This document shows, in pieces, positions 28,774-36,822 of a DNA stretch of 64,000 bases. The DNA lies in assembly GCA_001776785.1 (NCBI GenBank), contig MFDF01000008.1:103097-167096 (forward strand), read 5' to 3'. A program made the position numbers and the translations under genes. This DNA comes from Candidatus Daviesbacteria bacterium RIFCSPHIGHO2_12_FULL_37_16. Its GTDB lineage: Bacteria; Patescibacteriota; Microgenomatia; Daviesbacterales; UBA10151. Numbering within the stretch: the stretch's first letter is position 1; the number at the start of each line of letters is the position of its first letter. The notes beneath the pieces were generated by a model, which made no database searches, was not told the origin of the DNA, and saw nothing but the letters and a program-made list of their open reading frames with translations.

Positions 28774-31700
28774 ATGGACTCAGTTCGGGAACTTCTGCAC
28801 AATAAAAAAACCCTCATTACCCTGCTCCTAGTTGGAATCCTGATTTTGGCAATACCTCTGGGGATAAGTCTTGTAAAATACCAGCAAAGGTTGTCCTCCC
28901 AGGCAGCAGTACCTGGTATAGAAGTGACCGAGGGAGATTGTGTTAAGTTAAAAAATGGAGTTAAAGTCTTAACCTGCGGCTTTGTTCCATTAAAGCTTAA
29001 TTTCCCGGCCACCCCAACCCCAACTCCTTCCCCAACCCCTACCCCAACGAGTTCCCCTACTCCCACCAGTTCAATTACGCCATCTCCTACTGGTACAACA
29101 GCATCCGTAAACCTGACCATAAATAACCAGGATGGTCCTATACATGTTGATAGTGGTGCTACTTTGGTTCTGAAGTGGGTAACTAATCAAGTCAGAGCTT
29201 GCTCAGCCTCTGAAGCATGGTCTGGAAGTAAAAATGATGATGGTGCATCAGAGACAATATCAAATATTCTTAGCCCTAAAACATTTGTACTGACATGCGA
29301 ACAAAGGGGTAATCCTGATAACAAAATTTCTGACTCCATAACTGTTGTAGTAGGTAATGGGAATTCGAACCTTAGACAAACTGATCCTGCTAAATTTGAA
29401 GCCGATTTAAAAACCATTAGAGATCTAGGAGGGGGTGTTTTGTACATTCCAGCTGGTAGTTATACTTTGCCTAAAGGCTTTACCATATACTCAAATACAA
29501 CCCTTATGGGAGATGGTAAAGGACAGACCAAATTAAAGTTGCCTTCTGGAGTTGATTCAAAAGTAATCTCTTCCTCTGGTGAGGGGAATAACTCAAATAT
29601 AGTGATTAGGGACTTATCAATTGAAGGTCCAGGTGTAAGTGGTCCCAAAGATGACTGTTGCTATGGAATTAGACTTAGAAATATTAAAAACTCTTATTTA
29701 ATTAATGTTGAGGTGTCCGGTTTTAGTCAAGATGGAATTTATTTAGGTCAAGTTAGTAACAAAGGAGTAGATAGTACAAGAATTACAGGGTGTAGTGTTT
29801 TTGGAAATGGTCGTAACGGTATATCAATAGTTCATGGTCAAGGAAATGTTATAGATGGTTGCAGTATAAATGAAAATGGGTCGAGAGAAGCAGTCTCGGC
29901 TATAGACTTAGAACCCGATGGGGGGTTAAATGTTTCCAATAATGTCATAATGAATAATTCGATTGGAGGAAATGCAGGTAATGGTATTGGTCTAGGCGAT
30001 AATCCAAATGATCCAGGAGGGATTGTGTCAAACAATGGGGTTTGTGGAAATACCTTTTCTGGTAACGGTTTTGCAGAGATTGCTCAGAGTAACGATCAAG
30101 GTACATATACTTCTGGTTGTTCAATTCCTTCTGGTCTGTCAAATCTCCCTGCAGCTCCCTCAAGGCCCTCTGCCAATTCTGGCAGTAGTTTATTTGCAAA
30201 ACTTAAAAACCTTATTCCCACTGTATATGCCCATAATATCCCCCCTCAAATAAGTGGTGTTGACTGTTCCAAACCAAGTGTCTTTGTATCATGGGTAATT
30301 GACCCAAATGACAATCACGATATGGATATATTCCGCGATGGGGTCAAAGTAGGTGAAGCAAATGGATTTTTTGAGGACACTACTGTTACCAGAGGTAGAT
30401 TTTATGCATATTCTATTGGTCATGGAGCAAGTGGAACTAATACCAGTGTATGGGCTGATGTAACCTGTGCCACTACCCCACCACCAACCCAACCTCCCAC
30501 AACACCCCCAACTGCCTCACCTACCCAACCTCCCACCCCACCACCTACCTCTCCTCCAACCTCGCCTCCAACTACACCTCCTGGAGGTCCACAGTGCTCT
30601 GATGATATAAACAATGACTTTGATGGCCTGATTGACATAGAAGACCCACAGTGCCATACGGATGGTGATGCAGATAACCCGGAAACCTATGATCCAACTA
30701 TTAAGTTTGAATCCAGACAGTACAGGCTGGCTGAATCAGAATCTGAACTTCAATTCACCCTTTGGAGTGACTACAGAGAAGATCCCCTTCTTACAGAATT
30801 TGGTCTAACAGATGATTCACCAGGGATCAAGCAAATTTGGGTTGAGTTTAAAGAAACTGATGGTAAAACTACAAAAGACAAAGTTACTATTGAACTTGTG
30901 GAACCGGATCCGGTTATTAAAAGCGCCAGGTGTGATTTTGATTCTATAAACAAACAAAACCTCAAGGTTACCATAAAAGGAGAAAGATTCGGAACAAAAG
31001 AAAGCTCTGTTTTTATGGGTTTAGATCTGTCTGAGGAAGATCTTGACCCAAAGAAAAAACCCTTCTCAGGTGCAGAAGTTTTGGAATGGAATGATAAAGA
31101 AATTACACTTCTTATAAGAAGCTTTAAGACATTTTTATTAGAAAGTGTAAGGCTTAAGATGTCTGTTTTTCGCTCAGACCAATCATTCTCAAACATTGCC
31201 TCCTGTGACATTGGTGCATCAATGATTTCACTGGGAGCCCGGGTTTTCTGCAGGGAGCCTGGAAAATTTGACACAGAAAATGTTAAAGTAACTGTCTTTG
31301 ATAAAGACTCAAAGACTGGCAAAATAAACAAGGCTGAAGAAACTGTAAAGATTGACAAAGATGGAGTTATTACTGGATTAAAAACCATTCTGCAGACTGG
31401 CAAAAATTATGCATTATCGATCAAAGCTCCAAACTCGCTCAGAAGGAATGCCACCTTTGTGGCTGAAGAAGGAACAACTATTGTCACAAGACCAAATGAT
31501 CAGGACTTTATCCTGCCCATTGGAGATATTGCCCCAACCCAAAGCCCTGATGGAAAAATTAACACAGTTGATAAAGCAGAATTAACAAGACAGTGGAGAA
31601 TTTTTGGGGAAAATATAAAAGCTCAGACTGGTGACTTTAACAGGGACACCAAAGTTAACTCCTTTGACTGGGCCTGCATGAGGTATGACTTTAATGCAGA

Positions 31701-32292
31701 AGATGACCCCATACCTACAGATATAGAGCAAATTGCACCAATTTCCCAAAACAATTCTTCCGACGCATCAACTCCTGTTAAGCTGGCTAGTACAGGCGGA
31801 GGATCCTCCTCTATTCAACAAACTCCTGTACCTTTATCAGAAGCTTATTTTTCTTTTATCCCTTTTAAAAGCACAGTAAAAAAAAATTGTGATCACGCTG
31901 TAAATATTTATTTAGATACAGGAGGGAAATTTATTGATGGCGTTGATGTAATTATAAAATTTAATCCAAATGTAATAGCAGATACTACCTTTTTTGACGG
32001 CGTGCTTCCATTTGATAAGTATGAGGTAAATGATGATAATACTAGAGACTTTATAACTATTTCAGCCCCTACTCCAACAAATAAACCATTTAGAGGATCT
32101 GGAATATTTGGCCGAATTGTCTTTAAGGTAAAGCCAAACCCTCCTGTCTCTACTTTAGATTTAAGTTTTGATTTTGATCCCAATGATAAAGGCAAAACTA
32201 CTGATTCAAATATTGTTGAAGATAAGACTCTCAAAGATATCCTTAGCTATGTAGTCAATGGAAATTACCAGATTACATCAGGATCCTGCTAA
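28774..32292 (+). CDS. giant surface protein 1 with the following domains: N-terminal signal anchor; Pro/Thr linkers; right-handed beta-helix (pectate-lyase fold); FN3-like module; one thrombospondin-type-3-like calcium-binding repeat; conserved C-terminal module with a dockerin-like duplicated segment; C-terminal cohesin-like domain
   Basis: 1172-aa ORF. Beta-helix repeats: NVEVSGFSQDGIYLG / CSVFGNGRNGISIVHGQGNVIDGCSINENG. TSP3-like CSDDINNDFDGLIDIEDPQCHTDGDADNPETYDP. Dockerin-like GDIAP...DGKINTVDKAELTRQWRIFG...GDFNRDTKVNSFDWACMRYDF. Cohesin-like AVNIYLDTGG...IIKFNPNVIA...GIFGRIVFKVKPN...FDFDPNDKG. Confidence 0.75.
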   Translation: MDSVRELLHNKKTLITLLLVGILILAIPLGISLVKYQQRLSSQAAVPGIEVTEGDCVKLKNGVKVLTCGFVPLKLNFPATPTPTPSPTPTPTSSPTPTSSITPSPTGTTASVNLTINNQDGPIHVDSGATLVLKWVTNQVRACSASEAWSGSKNDDGASETISNILSPKTFVLTCEQRGNPDNKISDSITVVVGNGNSNLRQTDPAKFEADLKTIRDLGGGVLYIPAGSYTLPKGFTIYSNTTLMGDGKGQTKLKLPSGVDSKVISSSGEGNNSNIVIRDLSIEGPGVSGPKDDCCYGIRLRNIKNSYLINVEVSGFSQDGIYLGQVSNKGVDSTRITGCSVFGNGRNGISIVHGQGNVIDGCSINENGSREAVSAIDLEPDGGLNVSNNVIMNNSIGGNAGNGIGLGDNPNDPGGIVSNNGVCGNTFSGNGFAEIAQSNDQGTYTSGCSIPSGLSNLPAAPSRPSANSGSSLFAKLKNLIPTVYAHNIPPQISGVDCSKPSVFVSWVIDPNDNHDMDIFRDGVKVGEANGFFEDTTVTRGRFYAYSIGHGASGTNTSVWADVTCATTPPPTQPPTTPPTASPTQPPTPPPTSPPTSPPTTPPGGPQCSDDINNDFDGLIDIEDPQCHTDGDADNPETYDPTIKFESRQYRLAESESELQFTLWSDYREDPLLTEFGLTDDSPGIKQIWVEFKETDGKTTKDKVTIELVEPDPVIKSARCDFDSINKQNLKVTIKGERFGTKESSVFMGLDLSEEDLDPKKKPFSGAEVLEWNDKEITLLIRSFKTFLLESVRLKMSVFRSDQSFSNIASCDIGASMISLGARVFCREPGKFDTENVKVTVFDKDSKTGKINKAEETVKIDKDGVITGLKTILQTGKNYALSIKAPNSLRRNATFVAEEGTTIVTRPNDQDFILPIGDIAPTQSPDGKINTVDKAELTRQWRIFGENIKAQTGDFNRDTKVNSFDWACMRYDFNAEDDPIPTDIEQIAPISQNNSSDASTPVKLASTGGGSSSIQQTPVPLSEAYFSFIPFKSTVKKNCDHAVNIYLDTGGKFIDGVDVIIKFNPNVIADTTFFDGVLPFDKYEVNDDNTRDFITISAPTPTNKPFRGSGIFGRIVFKVKPNPPVSTLDLSFDFDPNDKGKTTDSNIVEDKTLKDILSYVVNGNYQITSGSC
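29008..29090 (+). repeat. Pro/Thr/Ser-rich low-complexity linker coding repeat (PTPTPSPTPTPTSSPTPTSS)
   Basis: ccaaccccaactcc... periodic CCn-ACn codons. A second linker lies at 30472-30590. Confidence 0.7.
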
Positions 32293-32377
32293 AATCCATC
32301 ATCCTAAACGTTTGTATTTTTTCTATAGCTGACTGGTTGACTTTAGTAAAATCTTCCTTCACTATTATATTAAGACA

Positions 32378-35300
32378 TTGCAGGAATACTTAGAAATTTT
32401 TAAAGGTAAAAAAGTTATAACCAGTTTAGTGGTTCTCCTTTTTTTGGTCATAAGTATCCCACTAGCTTTAAATCTTTTTAATTCAAGGCTTAAACTGTTT
32501 TCCAGGGCAGCTTTAGGAGACCCAATTGAACTTTTAGCAGGAAGGTGTGTTGTTTCTGTTGAAGGTAAAAAGATTAACTGCGAAGAGATACCTTTGAAAT
32601 TACTCTCCCCTCTTGGACCTCCCATTCAAAAACCTCCAGCACCTCAAAACCTGGTTGTAGAATCCTCAAGCTGTGAGATCAACTCTCCAGTCATTAAACT
32701 AAAGTGGGACCATGTTAGTGGAGTTTCGGGCTACAGTGTGATTAGGCGGTGGGGAGATAATGACGGGATTGAAGTCTTTGATTTGGACCCTAATTCCAAT
32801 ACCTTTAATGATTCCCCGGCGTCTGACGGTATTGTCTCAGGTACTGAGGTAAAATATCAGGTTTTAGCAGGCAGTGATATTCAGTCAGACCCATCAAATG
32901 AGGTGACTACCCAAGTCGCACTCTGTGGGGTCCCATCCCCACCCCCCACCGCCTGCAATCCCAGGCCAAATGTTATCAGAAACCTCCAGCTTCTCTCAGC
33001 TGACAGGTACAAAGTTACTGCAACAGTGGGAACAAATACCAGTACCCCTACAAATAGTTTTACCAAAGTTAAATTTAACAGCTTAAGTAATGGAAAAATA
33101 GAAATTGGTGGTACTCCTGGTAGGGCTGCTCCATTTGAATATGGACTCAATGGAGCCCAATCTTATTCATTTGAAGTAAAACTGGATAGGCCCTGCCAGG
33201 AATCAACAACGATTTTTGAACATTTTGATGCCTGTGGAAGCTTTCCTGATTTTCAGGGATCTGGAGCTGGCCCTACTGGTTTTGGCCAATTCCCTCAGTG
33301 TCAAACAAGTACACCTGCCCCAACCCCAACAGCAGTCCCTTTACCAACTCCCCTTCCAGGTGTGACATCCTCAACAGTAACCTCAACTGGAGACTTCAGG
33401 CTTATAGGTTCTGGACAATGCACTGGAGGCTCTCCAACTATAGATCTTGTTTGGGATAGGACAGACGGGGGGCCATATACAATAGAAAAAACTCCTGTCC
33501 CAATCCCGGGCCAGCTTGCAGGTCAGCTAACATTGAGGCCAATATTATCAACCTTTGGAAATTATATTGCACTAAACACGACCTACAGTATCTATATTCA
33601 GTCAGTAAATGGTCCTAAATCAGACACTATCTCTATTGCCTCTCCAGCAACCTGTTCTGGAGCATCACTAATTTTTAAAAATAACTTTTCTTTAACAAGC
33701 ATTTTAAATATTCTTAAACCATTTATTGAAAACACCAAAAATATATTTGGTTCACCTGCGTATGCTATTGATCCAGGTGATACAGGTCCTGGTGACCTGC
33801 AGTTAGGTGTTAGCGGCCGCTGTGACTCATCTTTCAGACCGTACGTAAGTGTTGACTGGAATACTAATGGATATTATTACCATATTTTAAGAAACGGCTC
33901 TGAAATAGCCTGGACACCTGCTGCGATGAGTGATTATGGTGTGCAGTCTGGACAAACTTATACTTACCAACTGATTAAAACAGGAATTGATGAACCTGCT
34001 TCCCCAACACAATCTACATCAGTTCCAACCTGTGTAGCTCCAACTCAGGTTCCAACTCAAGCTCCAACACAAGCTCCAACTCAGGCACCAACTCAAGCTC
34101 CAACTCAGGTTCCAACTCAGCTACCCACTCAGGCTCCTACAACTGTTCCTACTTCAACACCAACTGCATATTACCTCTATCCCCCAACTACTCAGACTGT
34201 TGCTACTTCAAACTGCACTGATATAAGAACAACTAAGGTTTCCTGGGATAGTGTGACTGATTCAGGAGGAAATCATAATTACACTAAAACTTTCACTAAA
34301 GCTGCGCTTGACCAAACCTATCCTCAATGGATAATAGGTGCAGGTCTTGATGGAAATAAGGACTTTCCTGCAACAGTTACTATTGCAGGTCAGTCATACA
34401 CTATTCAGCCTGGTGTCTGGAGTTCACATGATGATACCTATCTTGAGTTTTATTACACAGGTGCATTTAGAAAAATACATGGGATAACTGCAGATAATTT
34501 TACTGTTGCAGGATCAGGAACAATTGCAGTGCCAGCAACAATTACTGTGACTGGAAGCAGTCTAAGTTCATATAACAGTACCCCTGTTCCTCCCAATACA
34601 GGTGTAGATATTAAATATTGTGCTGCAGCTGCTCCTACTCCACAGTGCTCCGATTCGTTGGATAATGATTCAGATGGCAAAATTGACTCTGCCGATCCAG
34701 GTTGTCACACAGATGGTAATCCAAATAATCAAGGTTCATATGATCCAAATGACAATGATGAAAGCAATATTACTGAATGTAATGACACAATAGATAATGA
34801 TGGGGATGGTAAAATAGATTCTGCTGACCCACAGTGCCATACAGATGGTAATGCTGACAATCCATCCTCATACGACCCCAATATCCCTTCTGAAGGCGAA
34901 CCACCCCCAGGCAACTTTACAGTCAAATACAGGCTTGCAGAAACAGAAGAAGGTCTAAGCAGTGCAGAATTCAAGCCATATACTCAGGAGCCTATAATAA
35001 CATCCTTTATACTGCAAAACATAGGTCCTGGGCCAAAGCAGGTTTGGGTAGAATTCGTGGACTCAAATGGAGGTTCAAGAGTTGAGAATATAAACCTTAC
35101 CTGGGTTGAACCTGACCCCACAACTGATGCTGTTTCATGCACATTTGATATTTCCAAAGAAAATGTCAAAGTAGTGATTAAAGGAACCGGATTTACAGCA
35201 ACGCCAGGCAGGATCAGTGTTGATGGTAAAGATGCAGAAATTCTGGAATGGAAAACTGATTTGATAACTGCCTTAGTGAGAAAACCAAGCCTGCCAGCCG

Positions 35301-35917
35301 GTGGATCTAAAAGGTTTGCAATTCAGGTTCTCAGGGCAGACGGCAAGGTTATTACTACTGCCCCCTGTGAAATTGATAGGTCATTAATCTATCTTGGCGC
35401 CCGGGTCTTCTGTAGGGAGGAAGGTAAATTTGATGTAGAAAAAGTCCAAATAAGAGTCGTTGATGATGTAAAAAACAAAGTTGATGAAACTGTCTCAATT
35501 GACAAAGATGGTGTAGTCAAAGGGCTTAAAACTTCAATCCAGGCAGGCAGAAGGTATGGCCTCTCTATAAAAGCTCCAAAATCTGTCAGAAGAAATGTTT
35601 TCTTCACTGCTCAGGAAGGCACAACTATAGTTTCCAATCCAGACGGCAGCCAATTTATCCTTCCGGTTGGTGATATTGCCCCTGCAATTCAGGCTGATGG
35701 TAAGATAAACACACTTGATAGGGCTGAACTAACCAGGCAATGGAGAATCTTTGGTACTCCAAAAGAGCCCCAATCTGGAGACTTAAAGATAGATACCAAA
35801 GTTAACTCTTTTGACTGGGCTTGTCAGAGGTATGACTTTAACGCTCAAGATGATCCTATTTTGAATGAAGTTGAGGCTACACAATCTGCAAGTATTATGA
35901 GTAATAACTTGCAATGA
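32378..35917 (+). CDS. giant surface protein 2 (paralog) with the following domains: N-terminal signal anchor; FN3-like modules; (PTQA)n linker; two TSP3-like calcium-binding repeats; conserved C-terminal module with dockerin-like segment
   Basis: 1179-aa ORF. Its N-terminal module GRCVVSVEGKKINCEEIPLKL parallels giant 1 (GDCVKLKNGVKVLTCGFVPLKL). The C-terminal ~330 aa align closely with giant 1 (IYLGARVFCREEGKFD..., GDIAPAIQADGKINTLDRAELTRQWRIFG...DTKVNSFDWACQRYDF). Confidence 0.75.
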   Translation: MQEYLEIFKGKKVITSLVVLLFLVISIPLALNLFNSRLKLFSRAALGDPIELLAGRCVVSVEGKKINCEEIPLKLLSPLGPPIQKPPAPQNLVVESSSCEINSPVIKLKWDHVSGVSGYSVIRRWGDNDGIEVFDLDPNSNTFNDSPASDGIVSGTEVKYQVLAGSDIQSDPSNEVTTQVALCGVPSPPPTACNPRPNVIRNLQLLSADRYKVTATVGTNTSTPTNSFTKVKFNSLSNGKIEIGGTPGRAAPFEYGLNGAQSYSFEVKLDRPCQESTTIFEHFDACGSFPDFQGSGAGPTGFGQFPQCQTSTPAPTPTAVPLPTPLPGVTSSTVTSTGDFRLIGSGQCTGGSPTIDLVWDRTDGGPYTIEKTPVPIPGQLAGQLTLRPILSTFGNYIALNTTYSIYIQSVNGPKSDTISIASPATCSGASLIFKNNFSLTSILNILKPFIENTKNIFGSPAYAIDPGDTGPGDLQLGVSGRCDSSFRPYVSVDWNTNGYYYHILRNGSEIAWTPAAMSDYGVQSGQTYTYQLIKTGIDEPASPTQSTSVPTCVAPTQVPTQAPTQAPTQAPTQAPTQVPTQLPTQAPTTVPTSTPTAYYLYPPTTQTVATSNCTDIRTTKVSWDSVTDSGGNHNYTKTFTKAALDQTYPQWIIGAGLDGNKDFPATVTIAGQSYTIQPGVWSSHDDTYLEFYYTGAFRKIHGITADNFTVAGSGTIAVPATITVTGSSLSSYNSTPVPPNTGVDIKYCAAAAPTPQCSDSLDNDSDGKIDSADPGCHTDGNPNNQGSYDPNDNDESNITECNDTIDNDGDGKIDSADPQCHTDGNADNPSSYDPNIPSEGEPPPGNFTVKYRLAETEEGLSSAEFKPYTQEPIITSFILQNIGPGPKQVWVEFVDSNGGSRVENINLTWVEPDPTTDAVSCTFDISKENVKVVIKGTGFTATPGRISVDGKDAEILEWKTDLITALVRKPSLPAGGSKRFAIQVLRADGKVITTAPCEIDRSLIYLGARVFCREEGKFDVEKVQIRVVDDVKNKVDETVSIDKDGVVKGLKTSIQAGRRYGLSIKAPKSVRRNVFFTAQEGTTIVSNPDGSQFILPVGDIAPAIQADGKINTLDRAELTRQWRIFGTPKEPQSGDLKIDTKVNSFDWACQRYDFNAQDDPILNEVEATQSASIMSNNLQ
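34038..34140 (+). repeat. about 8 tandem copies of a 12-bp unit (caagctccaact) encoding (PTQA/V)n
   Basis: The linker sequence ...VAPTQVPTQAPTQAPTQAPTQAPTQVPTQLPTQAPTTVPT...; the nucleotide units are near-identical. Confidence 0.8.
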
Positions 35918-35957
35918 ATAAGGAGAATAATTTAATCTAGAGAAAGTAGGGATAAAA

Positions 35958-36773
35958 ATGGAAGTATCTGCCAAACCATTAATATATGTAACTAAAGATT
36001 CTGAGATAAAACTTGAACCTAAAAGCCTGCTTAAACGCAGCTTCCTGAAGATTCTTTTCATAATTTTGGGTGTCATTATTATCGGTGAACTTATTTGGGG
36101 AGTCCGTTCAATAATCTCCTCGCAAAACGCACTTATTCCGTCTGTTTCTGAACTTTCTGAAGGGTCTATAATAGTTGATTCCCCAAAAGTTAATTATCAG
36201 GTTGGTGAAGCAGTCCCTATAACTATCAGGGTGGCCACAGGAGGAAAATTAACTGATGCTGCAGATCTAATCCTAAAATATGACCCCAGTGTTTTAAGCC
36301 TTGTAAGCTCTGATATAAAAATAGGCCAAATCTACAAAGATTACCCGGTTGCAGATAATGACCAGTCCTTTGGAGAAGTTAAAGTCTCAGGAATTACCCC
36401 TCCTGGTGAAACAGGTTTTGGTGGAATTGGTGAACTAGCCAGTCTTCAGTTTAAAGCCCTATCATCTGGCAAAACAGTAGTTTCTGTAGATTTTCAAAAA
36501 GATTCAACAATAGATTCAAATATTGTAGAAGCAAATACCACTCATGACATGCTGGGGGTAGTTTATAATAAAGAACTTTTTATTGGTTCTTCACAGTCAA
36601 CCGCGGTTGAAAAAGATAACAAAAACCAGTGCCAGGGCTACATTCAGCTTTGTCAGACATCTGAAAACCAAACAGGAAGGCAGTTCTGCCAACAGGGAAG
36701 GATACAAGGCAACCAGTGTAAATTTGATCCAAATCTGACAATCAGCTGTGATGAATGCAGGGTTTCACAATAA
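35958..36773 (+). CDS. cohesin-like domain protein, N-terminally membrane-anchored, with C-terminal Cys-rich module
   Basis: TM LKILFIILGVIIIGELIWGV. Cohesin-like VPITIRVATGG...LILKYDPSVLSL...GELASLQFKALSSGKTVVSVDF. The C-terminus has 7 Cys (CQGYIQLCQTSENQTGRQFCQQGRIQGNQCKFDPNLTISCDEC). Confidence 0.6.
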   Translation: MEVSAKPLIYVTKDSEIKLEPKSLLKRSFLKILFIILGVIIIGELIWGVRSIISSQNALIPSVSELSEGSIIVDSPKVNYQVGEAVPITIRVATGGKLTDAADLILKYDPSVLSLVSSDIKIGQIYKDYPVADNDQSFGEVKVSGITPPGETGFGGIGELASLQFKALSSGKTVVSVDFQKDSTIDSNIVEANTTHDMLGVVYNKELFIGSSQSTAVEKDNKNQCQGYIQLCQTSENQTGRQFCQQGRIQGNQCKFDPNLTISCDECRVSQ

Positions 36774-36822
36774 ATTTTTAGCTGACCTTGACTTTAAACC
36801 TTATTGTGCACACAATAGATAT

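Noticed and set aside
28749-29120. Minus-strand ORF (123 aa, GVGVGEGVGVG...) overlapping the start of giant gene 1
   Set aside because: It is the antisense reading of the Pro/Thr-linker codons (CCn/ACn), which give Gly/Val repeats. It has no independent start context and is fully inside a strongly supported plus-strand gene.
30771-31403. 210-aa minus-strand ORF inside giant gene 1, and similar antisense ORFs at 29187-30638, 32881-33150, 34453-35607 and 35783-36076
   Set aside because: They are nested antisense to long, domain-rich plus-strand genes. Their sequences are low-complexity with no motifs, consistent with noise.
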